A stretch of 32,000 nt of DNA from NCBI GenBank assembly GCA_031316235.1, contig JALDRA010000001.1, positions 180,001-212,000 of the forward strand. Direction: 5' to 3'. Both the position numbers and the translations under genes were made by a program. This document shows, in pieces, positions 15,968 to 26,285 of this stretch (position 1 is its first letter; the number at the start of each line of letters is the position of its first letter). The notes beneath the pieces were generated by a model. The model saw nothing but the letters and a program-made list of their open reading frames with translations. It did not search any database and was not told the DNA's origin. This DNA comes from Candidatus Scalindua sp. GTDB taxonomy: Bacteria; Planctomycetota; Brocadiia; Brocadiales; Scalinduaceae.

Positions 15968-18900
15968 ATGAAAACTCCAAAGTTAATGATTTTCTTCATA
16001 TTCCTGGCTCTCATTCTCCTGGCTCTCTCTTCTATTTCAATCCTGGTCGTCTTAATCAATAAGGGGAAATTAACATCGCTGATTGAACAGCATATTCGTA
16101 AGGCAGGAAATATGGATATCACTATTGGAAATATCCATATGGACCTGTTTTCAGGGTTTACGCTTAACCACATAAGCGTAAATGATAAAGGTCACAAAGA
16201 ATCCTTTACGATCACGTGTAAGTCCTGTTCCGTCGCCTACAACCTCCCCGGATTACTAAAAGGACAGATAAGAGGGATTTCACTCTCAGATGTCGAAGGT
16301 TATATCGACACAGAAGCGATAAAACCAGGAGGCACATCCACTCTTCCAGATACCGGAACACCTTCTTTACGTATCAGCGACAGAATACCTCATTACATCC
16401 AGATAAAAGATATAAGGATTGAAAACATATCAATAAAGCTCAAGAGTACTGACCGTGCGGTAATCATCTCTGAAAGTAAACTGCATATCAGAGATTTTCA
16501 ATCTTCAGGCAATCCATATTTTTCATTATCCGGAGAGATTTCACTCTTAACTCCGCAAAGCGCCCATTCTGCAACCCTGGGAGGCTTTGAAATGAACGGC
16601 TGCTACAACCTTCTGGAGGATAGACTGATCCTGTCTGATCCATCACATGCTGTCTTAAACCGGAATGCACTGTTCAAGGTTGCCGGGGATATTCGTTCAC
16701 TTGCCGCAACTCCCACAGTAAATCTCATGATAGATGCAGAGAACATCAGCATTGACACGATATCCCGCATGCTAGAGGCATACGGTCTGAAGATGAGTAC
16801 ATTACCGGCACTAAAAGGGAACTGCAGCACCAGATTTTCAATAAAAGGAGGCCATGATGCATTGAACATTCAATCAACGATATCAATAACAGATCTCAGC
16901 TTAAAAAATGAAAGTTTGACTTTTACGATTAAGAGCCTTGAGATACCCTTTGAGGCAAAGATCTCACCTTCTGCACCGAAAAACCAATTACAGGTTGAAG
17001 GAAAATGTATGATAAACGAGGGGCAGCTCCTGATCGATACCAGGCAATTGATGAGTATAGATGTGCCCATTCTCTATTCCCTGCAGTATCCTCATACGTT
17101 AGCGGTTACTTCACACGGTATGAAGGGAAACCTTTTTATCGATAGTACCCCCCTCCCAATCAATGAACTCATATCTGATTTGCAGATGAACCTGTATCTG
17201 GATCAACCGGACAGCATAAAGTTCGAGGCAGCTATCCAGACCACTTTTTCAGACCCGCTGTTTCTTTCCGGAACGTTTGACAAAGAAGAACTGGTACTCA
17301 GCGATTTCAGCATGAAGACTGACGATATTGACTGCAATGCCTTCTCCAGGACTGTGACAGCACTCATACCAGAGTATTATCGGGAGTGGAAACTGCATGG
17401 CTGCCTTTCTCTGGACACAACACTCATCTCTTCCTCTGAGAATAAGAGAGAAGGAAAAACCATGAGTACCACCCTTTCTCTCGCTGAAGGGGGTTTTGCC
17501 TCGCCAGATTATGAATACTTTTGTGAAAAATTGAACGGAAACATCCAGACGGATATTACCCTGGACTCACTCATGAACCAATTCTCTTTCCGCACCAGTT
17601 GTTCAGTTGAACCCTTCCTTGTTCAGCTCGGATCATTTACTACTGACATGAAAAACAGGCAGACTCAGTTTTCTTTTAACGGAGATTATGCCCCCCAGGA
17701 GAGAAACCTGTCAAATGTCTCCGGCACATTCCTGTGGAAAGACATCGGGACAATCACAATAGATGGAGAGGTGTTGAATCTCCCCTATGAGCCGCACATT
17801 GATGTGGAGCTTGCAATGAAGAACCTGTCTCAAACCTCTCTCTTTGAGACCTTCGTAAAAGATACGATCCAATATTCGCATCCTTCACTGTTTCACTCTG
17901 ATATAGAGGGGGAGATAAACGGGCAGCTCCGATTCCTGGGGCTTCTGAACGCTCTGGACATTGACGGCACTATCAACATGAACAAAACAACCCTTACACA
18001 CAGGAATAGTTCCATAGAAGGTCTCAACCTCCGTCTTCCCCTCTCTTTTACCTATCCGACCTCAGCAGATACCATTCAAAAACAGGATGTCCCTGATTTA
18101 CAATATGGAACTATGAGCATAAAGAAAATATCACAGGGTCCACTTGTACTTGAGGATCTGAGACTCAGTCCCATTATCATTTCAAACAACTTCTATATAA
18201 AAGACCCACTGAGAATCCCTGTTTTTGGAGGAACCCTGGAGATCAATGATGTCGCAATGGAAAACATCATAAACCCGGATCGTAATGTCAGACTTGCATT
18301 TGAGTTTCAAGATATCAATCTTGAAAAAATAACCGATACCTATATGCTGACACCTCTAGAGGGGATCTTGAACAGCTCCCTCATCCCTCTTGAGCAGAAA
18401 AAGGATCGGCTTTATTCCAGAGGGGAAATGAAGATTGCAGTTTTTGGCGGTGAAATTATTATACGTGACTTACGGTTAAGCAATTTCCTCACACCTCTTA
18501 TGGGTATTGAGTTTTCAGCGAAAATTAATGATCTGAATCTGGGAAAGATGTCAACTACGTATAAAGACTGGGGTGGAATTACAGGAGTCGTCAACGGAGA
18601 CATAAAGGATTTCAAATTGGTTGCAGGTGAACCTTCCAGTTTTGATATACAGGTAAAAACGAAAAAAGTTGATAATCTCCAACAGACGGTAAGCACAAAA
18701 TTCCTGAAAAAATTTGTCCCCGGGATAGGAAATGTGCTCGAAAAATTCGGACTCACGAATTATAAATACGCAGTAATGGGACTCCACGCCAAACTTGAAA
18801 ATGATTACATCACTTTACGCGGTGCTGTGAGAGAAGGAGGGAAAGACCTTTTTATGAAAGGTGCAGGATTAAAAAAACTCGAAATTGTATTTTACGATGC

Positions 18901-18991
18901 AAATAAAAAAATAGAATTTAAAAATTTCATGAATTCATTCAAGGGTATGTTGAGTTCAGATTTTGAGGAGACTGAAGTACAGTTTAAATAA
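15968..18991 (+). CDS. Large N-terminally anchored AsmA-like/YdbH-like protein (putative intermembrane lipid-transfer family)
   Basis: ORF 15827..18991. The likely start is ATG 15968 (MKTPKLMIFFIFLALILLALSSISILVVL is a TM anchor). About 1007 aa of beta-rich, low-identity sequence. The family call rests on size, the anchor, and synteny with the downstream DUF1318/YdbL-like gene. Confidence 0.55.
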   Translation: MKTPKLMIFFIFLALILLALSSISILVVLINKGKLTSLIEQHIRKAGNMDITIGNIHMDLFSGFTLNHISVNDKGHKESFTITCKSCSVAYNLPGLLKGQIRGISLSDVEGYIDTEAIKPGGTSTLPDTGTPSLRISDRIPHYIQIKDIRIENISIKLKSTDRAVIISESKLHIRDFQSSGNPYFSLSGEISLLTPQSAHSATLGGFEMNGCYNLLEDRLILSDPSHAVLNRNALFKVAGDIRSLAATPTVNLMIDAENISIDTISRMLEAYGLKMSTLPALKGNCSTRFSIKGGHDALNIQSTISITDLSLKNESLTFTIKSLEIPFEAKISPSAPKNQLQVEGKCMINEGQLLIDTRQLMSIDVPILYSLQYPHTLAVTSHGMKGNLFIDSTPLPINELISDLQMNLYLDQPDSIKFEAAIQTTFSDPLFLSGTFDKEELVLSDFSMKTDDIDCNAFSRTVTALIPEYYREWKLHGCLSLDTTLISSSENKREGKTMSTTLSLAEGGFASPDYEYFCEKLNGNIQTDITLDSLMNQFSFRTSCSVEPFLVQLGSFTTDMKNRQTQFSFNGDYAPQERNLSNVSGTFLWKDIGTITIDGEVLNLPYEPHIDVELAMKNLSQTSLFETFVKDTIQYSHPSLFHSDIEGEINGQLRFLGLLNALDIDGTINMNKTTLTHRNSSIEGLNLRLPLSFTYPTSADTIQKQDVPDLQYGTMSIKKISQGPLVLEDLRLSPIIISNNFYIKDPLRIPVFGGTLEINDVAMENIINPDRNVRLAFEFQDINLEKITDTYMLTPLEGILNSSLIPLEQKKDRLYSRGEMKIAVFGGEIIIRDLRLSNFLTPLMGIEFSAKINDLNLGKMSTTYKDWGGITGVVNGDIKDFKLVAGEPSSFDIQVKTKKVDNLQQTVSTKFLKKFVPGIGNVLEKFGLTNYKYAVMGLHAKLENDYITLRGAVREGGKDLFMKGAGLKKLEIVFYDANKKIEFKNFMNSFKGMLSSDFEETEVQFK

Positions 18992-19315
18992 TGAAAATTT
19001 TATCTTATTGAGTAATTAATTGACTTATGGTATCATGCATAAATTTACGTCGGGAAGTCCAGAAACAAACGGTGAGCTCTTCACCCATGCACCACCACAA
19101 ATTAAACATAAGTGATTGTAACAATCACACTTACAGACAATTTAACATCCTCAACAGTACCAATCAAAAGAAATAATACCTTTCTGAGTGCGAAAATGAC
19201 TCTGTAATAATTGTGTTCAATAGTGTTGAGAATGGAAAATTTTCAACTTTTTTTACAACGGAATCCAGGGGGTCAACGGCAAAAACACTAAATTGTATCT
19301 GGAAGGAGAATAATC

Positions 19316-19918
19316 ATGAAAAGAAAAACAGTAAAATATTTCGGGCTTCCGTTATTACTATTCTTTATCGTAAACTGCGCTGTTATAACGGTTAACATCT
19401 ATTTTCCTACTGAAGCGGTTGAAAAGGCTGCAGAAAAAATTATTGAAGAAATCGAAGGCGGTAAAGAAGCGGAAGCACAACCTGGGGGAAAGAGCCCGCA
19501 AAGTCTCTTCTGGAGGAACGTTCCGAGACTTACCTTTAGCAGCTCACCGGTTTATGCAGAAGAAATGGACCTCAACATAACAACACCTGCCATACGCATG
19601 GTAATTGACAGCATGAAGGCGAGAAATACTGAGATCATGCATTATAAGGAGATGGGCGTTATTGGAGAATCGCACGACGGTATGCTTATTATTCGTGATA
19701 TGAACAACCTTGGAGGAGAAGACATCAGAACTGTCAAACGGTTATTGAGGGCTGAAAATGACGATCGGGAAGTTCTATACACGGAACTGGCAACTGCAAA
19801 CAAGATTGCTGCATCAGAGGCGTATAAGATCAAAACCATATTTGCAAAAACTCGTAAAGAAAAGGCCGAATCAGGTCACTGGTTCAGGGACGATGCGGGA
19901 ACCTGGACACAGAAATAA
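19316..19918 (+). CDS. Exported YdbL-like (DUF1318) protein with an N-terminal YnbE-like segment
   Basis: 200 aa with GGAAGGAG upstream. Signal or anchor ending ...FFIVNC. The stretch VITVNIYFPTEAVEKAAEKIIEEI resembles the YnbE core. The C-terminal half GVIGESHDGMLII...LLRAENDDREVLYTELATANK...SGHWFRDDAGTWTQK matches my recollection of the DUF1318 pattern. Confidence 0.6.
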   Translation: MKRKTVKYFGLPLLLFFIVNCAVITVNIYFPTEAVEKAAEKIIEEIEGGKEAEAQPGGKSPQSLFWRNVPRLTFSSSPVYAEEMDLNITTPAIRMVIDSMKARNTEIMHYKEMGVIGESHDGMLIIRDMNNLGGEDIRTVKRLLRAENDDREVLYTELATANKIAASEAYKIKTIFAKTRKEKAESGHWFRDDAGTWTQK

Positions 19919-19962
19919 TTTTATCAGGAACCAACAGAAAAGAAGGAGTTTAGAAGAATTAC

Positions 19963-21786
19963 ATGGAACAGACAGAGATGAGAAACATTGCCATTATCGC
20001 ACACGTAGATCATGGAAAAACAACGCTGGTAGATCAGATGTTGAAACAGACAGGGGTATTTCGTTTAAATCAGGAAGTGGCAGAACGTGTGCTTGATTCT
20101 AATGACCAGGAAAAAGAGCGCGGTATTACCATTGTTGCCAAAAATTTTTCAATTCAGTACAAGGGTCTTAAACTCAATATCATTGATACCCCGGGACATT
20201 CCGACTTCGGAGGTGAAGTTGAGCGTATTTTGAAAATGGCGGAAGGTGTCCTCTTACTGGTAGACGCATATGAAGGCCCGATGCCTCAGACACGATATGT
20301 GTTGCAAAAGGCATTGGATTTCAATCTCAAACCTATCGTTGTCATCAATAAGATCGATAGACCTGAGTCGAGACCGGGTGAAGTCCTGGAAGAGATATTT
20401 GATCTCTTTGTAGATCTGAATGCTGATGATAACCAATTGGATTTTCCAGTCATATACGCCAGTGCCCGGAGTGGTTATGCAAAACTGGAAATAGATGATG
20501 AAAATGTTGATTTGACACCTCTTTTTGATGCCATTATCAAGTATATACCGGCACCAGATGTAAACGTTGATAAACCATTTCAGATGCTTGTACACACCCT
20601 GGATTACAGCGAATATGAGGGCAAAATAGCTATCGGGAAGATTGTAAACGGAAATATACAATCAAATACCAGCGTGGTATGGTTCAGCAGACGAGGTACG
20701 AAATCTTCAGAAAGAGTCAGAGACATATACTCCTTTGTCGGACTGGGGCGTCAACGGGTACAGAGTGCATCGGCAGGAGACATCGTGGCGATAACGGGTA
20801 TAGATAATATAGAAATTGGAGATACGCTGGCGAGTATCATAGATCCAAAGCCTCTTCCAATTATTGATATTGATGAACCGACATTAACCATGATATTTTC
20901 TGTTAATGATTCACCATTTGCGGGCCTTGACGGAAAATATGTGACAAGCAGAAACCTGCGAGAAAGGCTCTACAGAGAGTTGCGTTCCAATGTCTCGTTA
21001 AAAGTACACGACACGAGCAGCAGCGAATCATTTCATGTTTCAGGGAGAGGATTGTTACACCTGTCTGTATTGATTGAAAATATGAGAAGAGAGGGTTATG
21101 AACTTCAGGTATCCAAACCAAAGGTTATCTTCAAGGAAATTAATGGTAAAAAGGCAGAGCCAATTGAAATCGTAGTGATTGATGTCCCCAAAGAGTTTGA
21201 AGGCCAGGTTATCTCATTATTAGGGAGTCGCAAGGGAGAAATGTTAAATATGAGAGAGGTAAATGCCCGTACACATTTCGAATTTAAGATTCCCTCACGG
21301 GGATTAGTGGGTTTGAGATTGCGGCTCCTGAGTTCTACACAGGGAACTGCCATCATGTACCACAATTTTCATGAATACGAATATTTCAAGGGCAATATAC
21401 AACAGAGGACACAAGGTGTCCTGGTCTCCATGTCACTTGGTGAAACAACAGCATATGCTTTAGATTCATTACGTGAAAGAGGAATTATGTTCTTTAAACC
21501 GGGCTGCAAGGTGTATGAAGGAATGATCGTTGGTGAACACTGCGAGCAAAATGATATCGCCGTAAATGTCTGTCGGGCAAAAAAGGCAACGAATATACGA
21601 TCTGCAACTGCAGATAAGGGTATAAGATTAGCTCCGCCAAGGGAACTGACGCTTGAAATGGCATTGGAATACATAGAAGATGATGAACTGATAGAGATCA
21701 CTCCAAAGACCTTTCGGCTCAGGAAGAAACTGTTGAAGGAAAATGACCGTAAACGGAATAAAACAACAAAGGATATCTCGATTTAA
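19963..21786 (+). CDS. typA: Translational GTPase TypA/BipA
   Basis: 607 aa. G1 [11 protein letters not shown]3 DTPGHSDF, G4 NKID. Full-length elongation-factor-like architecture typical of BipA. The start could also be ATG 19978. Confidence 0.95.
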   Translation: MEQTEMRNIAIIAHVDHGKTTLVDQMLKQTGVFRLNQEVAERVLDSNDQEKERGITIVAKNFSIQYKGLKLNIIDTPGHSDFGGEVERILKMAEGVLLLVDAYEGPMPQTRYVLQKALDFNLKPIVVINKIDRPESRPGEVLEEIFDLFVDLNADDNQLDFPVIYASARSGYAKLEIDDENVDLTPLFDAIIKYIPAPDVNVDKPFQMLVHTLDYSEYEGKIAIGKIVNGNIQSNTSVVWFSRRGTKSSERVRDIYSFVGLGRQRVQSASAGDIVAITGIDNIEIGDTLASIIDPKPLPIIDIDEPTLTMIFSVNDSPFAGLDGKYVTSRNLRERLYRELRSNVSLKVHDTSSSESFHVSGRGLLHLSVLIENMRREGYELQVSKPKVIFKEINGKKAEPIEIVVIDVPKEFEGQVISLLGSRKGEMLNMREVNARTHFEFKIPSRGLVGLRLRLLSSTQGTAIMYHNFHEYEYFKGNIQQRTQGVLVSMSLGETTAYALDSLRERGIMFFKPGCKVYEGMIVGEHCEQNDIAVNVCRAKKATNIRSATADKGIRLAPPRELTLEMALEYIEDDELIEITPKTFRLRKKLLKENDRKRNKTTKDISI

Positions 21787-21997
21787 ATACTCTTTTCACC
21801 CCGTTAACAGCTGTTTTTCAGAGTGAAGGGCTTTACGGGAGGGGGCTGCTGATCAGGCATTACAATGAAACCAGAAGTGATAATGGAACAAACACAATGC
21901 CTTTTTATTGTATCACATTTTATGACCCACGATACTATGTTTCATATATTTTGACACTGAAAAGCATGGTTCATAATTTGTGCTCCTTTCAATCATC

Positions 21998-22639
21998 ATG
22001 GAAAACTATTATATATTGATGGCAGACGTTGTTGCGAGCAGGAGGCATAGAGGCAATACACTGAGTCGAGATCTAAAACAGCTTGTCGCCTCCTGCACAA
22101 CAAATCTGGCATCCGGTATTTTATCTCCGTACACCGTCACTCTGGGAGATGAATTTCAAGGGGTTGCCAAATCCCTGCATTCAGCACTTGAATCGATCTT
22201 TTACTTCGAAGAGACCACCCTGAAAGAAAATATCCGTTTCAAACTCCGGTATGTTCTCCATTATGGGAGAATTGAAACCAGGTTGAATCGGAAGATTGCC
22301 CATGGAATGATGGGGACAGGCCTAACCAGGACGAGAGAATTGCTGAACCAGAAGCGAAGAGGGAGCCCGAGATTTCTTTTTGAACTTGCGAACAATATGC
22401 TGTCAAACCAGTTAAATCGTTTATTCAGAGTCTTTGATTCATTGATAACAGGATGGCGTGAAAAAGATTACCTGTTAATCAGTGATATGCTGGAAAATGA
22501 TAACAATGAGGAAGTCGGAGCCAGGCATGAGAAGAACCGTAGCCAAATATGGAAAAGGCGCAAACATTTACGCATAGAAGAGTATAAAATACTTAAAGAG
22601 GTTGTTTTTGATCTTATAAAGGGTAAGGACCTTCCATGA
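21998..22639 (+). CDS. SatD-family-like protein (nucleotidyl-cyclase-like N-terminal half with a GDEF motif, HTH-like C-terminus)
   Basis: ORF from GTG 21980; ATG 21998 (MENYYILMADVVASRR) is more likely. ADVVASR...SPYTVTLGDEFQG matches my recollection of SatD proteins (IGDIINS...TAGDEFQ). The basic C-terminus (NRSQIWKRRKHLRIEEYK) looks HTH-like. Confidence 0.55.
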   Translation: MENYYILMADVVASRRHRGNTLSRDLKQLVASCTTNLASGILSPYTVTLGDEFQGVAKSLHSALESIFYFEETTLKENIRFKLRYVLHYGRIETRLNRKIAHGMMGTGLTRTRELLNQKRRGSPRFLFELANNMLSNQLNRLFRVFDSLITGWREKDYLLISDMLENDNNEEVGARHEKNRSQIWKRRKHLRIEEYKILKEVVFDLIKGKDLP

Positions 22640-22971
22640 AATATCTCTGGGCTGCAATAATATTTATTTGTGGTGAATTAATCAGCCTGGTTATTTTTTC
22701 CCTGATACAAAAATATCTGGGACCTTTAAATGACAGAAAATCCAAAAAGTTATCGACGGCAAAGGGAATACTTGAGCGTTTAACCCTTTTCATCGGTCTC
22801 CTTCAAGGTTTTCCTCAAATAATCATCGCTTTTTCAGCACTTAAACTGGGAACCAGACTGCATGAAGAAAAGGAACTTCATATATCAAATACCTATTTCC
22901 TCGTTGGAAACTTAACCTCAATCCTTATATCCATGATCTATGCAAGCACCACAAAGAGCATATGGTTTTAG
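22636..22971 (+). CDS. Small 3-TM membrane protein translationally coupled to the SatD-like gene (possibly SatE/DUF3307-related)
   Basis: 111 aa. ATGA start/stop overlap with the upstream gene. Three hydrophobic segments. KGILERLTLFIGLL...FSALKLGTRL resembles the C-terminal half of DUF3307 as I recall it. Confidence 0.5.
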   Translation: MKYLWAAIIFICGELISLVIFSLIQKYLGPLNDRKSKKLSTAKGILERLTLFIGLLQGFPQIIIAFSALKLGTRLHEEKELHISNTYFLVGNLTSILISMIYASTTKSIWF

Positions 22972-23030
22972 CACTCCAACTGAAAAAAGGAACAGGAGTA
23001 AAGAAAAAAGAACTTCAATAAATCAATACC

Positions 23031-24344
23031 ATGATGAGAAAGAGTCTGGTCGTCGGCATTTTACCTGAATCGAAAAATATATGGGAAAGAAGAGCCCCCT
23101 TAAGGCCCAGGGATGTTGCATGGCTGGTAAAAAAAGGTATTCAGGTGGAAGTTGCTTCAAGCAATCTCCGTATCTACAAGGACTCCCAATACCAGCGATC
23201 CGGTGCTAAAATAGTCCCGGAAATCCGGAAAGCCAGGCTTCTTGTCGGCATAAAAGAGCCTCCCCCTGAAACGCTGTTACCGAACACGGTTTACATGGTA
23301 TTTTCCCATACTACAAAGGGGCAGGTGTACAACCAGAAACTCCTTTCTGCATTCGTACGAAAGAAAGTCACTCTCATTGATTATGAGCACATAACCGGTT
23401 CCCTTGGGCAGAGACTGGCCTATTTCGGAAGATTTGCCGGTATCTGCGGTATGGTTGACACATTATATGTTTTTGGTCAGAAACAAAAACTTCTTGGAAT
23501 CCCGTCTCCCTTCGCAGATCTCAACAATGCCGCATCTTACGGTAATTACAGGTCTGCCAGGCGCGCACTTAATCTTGCCGGAGAAAAGATCCGAAAGAGA
23601 GGTTTTGAGAACGCGCCCTTTGTGATTGGAATCCTGGGGCACGGGAATGTTTCGCAAGGTGTGCAGGAGGTGCTGGAACAGTTAGGGGCCGTTACTATCC
23701 ATCCGAGGGACATTTACTCCCTCACCCAAGACCGGGCCTCACACAAAAAAACAATCTACAAACTGGTTTTCCAGCGGGAAGAAAAACTCAGGTCTAAAAA
23801 GGGAAAGAACTTCTACTTTGAAGAATATCTCCAACACCCTGAGCAATTCGAGTCAAATCTGGATACCTTTCTGCCTTTCCTCAATATCCTTGTTAATGCC
23901 AGTTACTGGGATAGCCGCTATCCACGGTTGTTGCCAGAGAGAATGCTCAAAAATCTTTCGCGTACCAATCCCAATTTTCGTTTATCAGTAATCGGTGATC
24001 TCTCATGTGATATTGAAGGAACAATACAAATTACCAGAAAAGTAACCAATTCATCAGAACCCGCTTACGTCTATGATCCTGTTTCAGGAAAAATACACAA
24101 CGACCTTTCACAAAAGGGGATTGCTGTGATGGCCATTGACAATTTACCCTGTGAATTTCCGAGGGAATCCTCAGCAGAATTTGCTGAACAGATCCGTGAT
24201 TTTGTGTATCAAATCGCAGCTCATGGTATCACCGATGTTACGAATCACCACGCGCTGCCAAAAGCCATTCGTAATGCCGTGGTAACACAAAACGGCTCAT
24301 TAGCAGCCAAATTCAGAAATTTGAAAAAAAGCCTTCGTTCGTAA
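23031..24344 (+). CDS. Stand-alone lysine-ketoglutarate reductase-like (AlaDH/PNT-fold, LOR/SDH N-terminal type) dehydrogenase
   Basis: 437 aa. VGILPESKNIWERRAPLRP...VFSHTTKGQ...LIDYE...RLAYFGRFAGICGMVD...GILGHGNVSQG follows the LKR domain of bifunctional LKR/SDH enzymes closely. Confidence 0.7.
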   Translation: MMRKSLVVGILPESKNIWERRAPLRPRDVAWLVKKGIQVEVASSNLRIYKDSQYQRSGAKIVPEIRKARLLVGIKEPPPETLLPNTVYMVFSHTTKGQVYNQKLLSAFVRKKVTLIDYEHITGSLGQRLAYFGRFAGICGMVDTLYVFGQKQKLLGIPSPFADLNNAASYGNYRSARRALNLAGEKIRKRGFENAPFVIGILGHGNVSQGVQEVLEQLGAVTIHPRDIYSLTQDRASHKKTIYKLVFQREEKLRSKKGKNFYFEEYLQHPEQFESNLDTFLPFLNILVNASYWDSRYPRLLPERMLKNLSRTNPNFRLSVIGDLSCDIEGTIQITRKVTNSSEPAYVYDPVSGKIHNDLSQKGIAVMAIDNLPCEFPRESSAEFAEQIRDFVYQIAAHGITDVTNHHALPKAIRNAVVTQNGSLAAKFRNLKKSLRS

Positions 24345-24421
24345 CAGAAACAGTGCTGTTCTCATTAAAAAAATCAATTTTGAGAGGATCGAGTCTGGCA
24401 CATCCTGCCTGCCGGTCTGTA

Positions 24422-24450
24422 TATACTAAAACCATTATAAGATGAGTATA
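24422..24450 (+). repeat. 29-bp mini-copy (tatactaaaaccattataagatgagtata) of the repeat family, between convergent gene ends
   Basis: It consists of the left and right junction sequences of the long copies joined directly. 24428..24450 matches 26141..26163 at 22/23 positions. Confidence 0.7.
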
Positions 24451-24461
24451 CCATATCAACG

Positions 24462-26081
24462 TTACTTGAAGAGCCTCTTGTTAAGAGAAAATTTCTTCAT
24501 TTTGTTCAAGATTGTACGCCGGTTTAATCCCGTAAAATCAGCTATCGCACCTATTCTCCCCTTATATTCTTTAAAAACCCTGATAAAGTATTCCCGCTCA
24601 TAATTTTCCAGATATGCCTGCAACTCTTCATAAGAAGAGATATTTCGGCCGGTCATTGGGGGTGGAGAGAGGAACAGTTTCCCTTCATCAGGATGAGACG
24701 TAATTAAATCTACACGCTGTATAATTTCAGATTCTTCCAACAGAACAGATTTTTCAATAATTCCTTCCAGCTCCCTGATATTCCCAGGCCAGGAATATGA
24801 CATGAACTGTTTTAAAACCCGGGATGATATGCCGGAAATCCTCTTTTTGAAACGTTTATTGAATTTTTTAATGAAATGATCCACTAAAAGAGGTATATCT
24901 TCCGTTCGTTCTTTGAGAGATGGAAGTTTAAGTGAGATAATATTCAGCCGGTAATAGAGATCTTTTCGAAACTTTCCTTCCTCCATTAAATCAAGGAGAT
25001 CCTGGTTTGTGGCCGCAATGATACGGATATCCACCTTTATACTCCTTTCTCCCCCTACTCTTTCGATCTGCCTCTCTTGCAATACCCGCAGCAATTTGAC
25101 CTGAGTGAGAGTTGAAAGTTCTCCAATTTCATCAAGAAATATGGTCCCTTTGTCAGCAAGCTCAAACTTTCCCTTTTTATCCCGAACAGCCCCCGTAAAA
25201 GCACCCTTGACATGACCGAAGAGTTCACTTTCTAAAAGGGTCTCGGGGAGAGCCGCACAGTTTACAGCTACCATAGTGCCATCTTTTCTCAGGCTATTAT
25301 AGTGGATGGCCCTTGCGACCAATTCCTTACCGGTTCCAGTCTCTCCCGTAATAAGGATAGTTGAATCAGTCTGTGATACTCTTTCAATAAGATTATAGAC
25401 ATTCTGCATCACGTAACTTTTACCGATCAAGCTATGAAAACGATACCTCTGTCCTAATACAGTCTGTAATTTCCGTATCTCCTCATTTTTTACGTCTAAT
25501 TCAAGAGAGAGATCTTTCAACATTTTCTGTGATTCCTGATACAGAATATCTTTTTGTACCCTTTTCGTAACATCATGGCTGACAGAAAGAACTCCCTGTA
25601 TCTCACCTGCGCTATCAACAAGAGGCATGCATCTGAGGTCTAAAAAGTGGGTAATATTATCGGGAGAGATAAGCTGTAATTCCCGCACATTAAAAGTCTT
25701 CCTCGCCCTAATAACATCATTCAGGTTCTTTGCCAGCCCCTGTTTAATAGATTTAAGACGTAATGTGAGATAGCTGGTACCTTTTACCTCACTACAACGC
25801 ACACCCCATGTACGTTCGGCGGCTTTATTCATCAGTAAAATATTGAGTTCCTTATCCAAAAGAATAACATCGGACTCAAGATTATCGATTATGGATTTGT
25901 CAATAGCCCCATCTTTTGTCAGAAAGCAGTGCTGTACTCCATCCTTATCACCATAATAGGGTACCAGCATTGCCTTGCCTGAATCTATTCTCTTCCCCAT
26001 AATTTTTTCATTACCTTTCGAATTTACTGAAACCGATTTATTTTTAGATTTTTCTAATAGCTGAAGTCTGGTTTCCGTCAT
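24462..26081 (-). CDS. Sigma-54-dependent transcriptional activator with an N-terminal PAS domain (PAS + AAA+ + HTH)
   Basis: 539 aa. PAS-like region ([21 protein letters not shown]...[14 protein letters not shown]). Walker [15 protein letters not shown] motif. C-terminal HTH ([22 protein letters not shown]). The annotated ATG lies inside a repeat copy and has no SD, so the true start may be ATG 26000. Confidence 0.9.
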   Translation of the reverse strand: MTETRLQLLEKSKNKSVSVNSKGNEKIMGKRIDSGKAMLVPYYGDKDGVQHCFLTKDGAIDKSIIDNLESDVILLDKELNILLMNKAAERTWGVRCSEVKGTSYLTLRLKSIKQGLAKNLNDVIRARKTFNVRELQLISPDNITHFLDLRCMPLVDSAGEIQGVLSVSHDVTKRVQKDILYQESQKMLKDLSLELDVKNEEIRKLQTVLGQRYRFHSLIGKSYVMQNVYNLIERVSQTDSTILITGETGTGKELVARAIHYNSLRKDGTMVAVNCAALPETLLESELFGHVKGAFTGAVRDKKGKFELADKGTIFLDEIGELSTLTQVKLLRVLQERQIERVGGERSIKVDIRIIAATNQDLLDLMEEGKFRKDLYYRLNIISLKLPSLKERTEDIPLLVDHFIKKFNKRFKKRISGISSRVLKQFMSYSWPGNIRELEGIIEKSVLLEESEIIQRVDLITSHPDEGKLFLSPPPMTGRNISSYEELQAYLENYEREYFIRVFKEYKGRIGAIADFTGLNRRTILNKMKKFSLNKRLFK

Positions 26082-26163
26082 CCCCGGACAAAAAACGCCG
26101 AGGACTTGTACTCGCTCTGTTTTTTCTCGGGGTTTGTCCGAAAACCATTATAAGATGAGCATA
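26081..26163 (+). repeat. Third (5'-truncated) copy of the structured intergenic repeat, abutting the activator start codon
   Basis: catccccggacaaaaaacgccgaggacttgtactcgctc...ctcgg..tttgtccgaaaaccattataagatgagcata. Both inferred stems are retained, one with a compensatory change. Confidence 0.75.
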
Positions 26164-26285
26164 AATGGGTATTGTATTTCCCACAGATCATCAATCAGAG
26201 CGTAAGCAGAATACCCTAAACCAGCAGTAACAATGGTACAATCTCCTGTTGTTTATAATATTTAGTTCCTCACCATACCATATTC

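Noticed and set aside
16488-21701. Minus-strand ORFs inside the YdbH-like gene and typA (for example 18412..18756, 20254..20661, 21369..21701)
   Set aside because: These are shadow ORFs within long plus-strand genes. The typA frame is unambiguous from its GTPase motifs.
24396-24413. TGGCACATCCTGCCTGCC between the convergent gene ends
   Set aside because: There is no TTGC/TTGT at the correct spacing and no downstream gene in that orientation.
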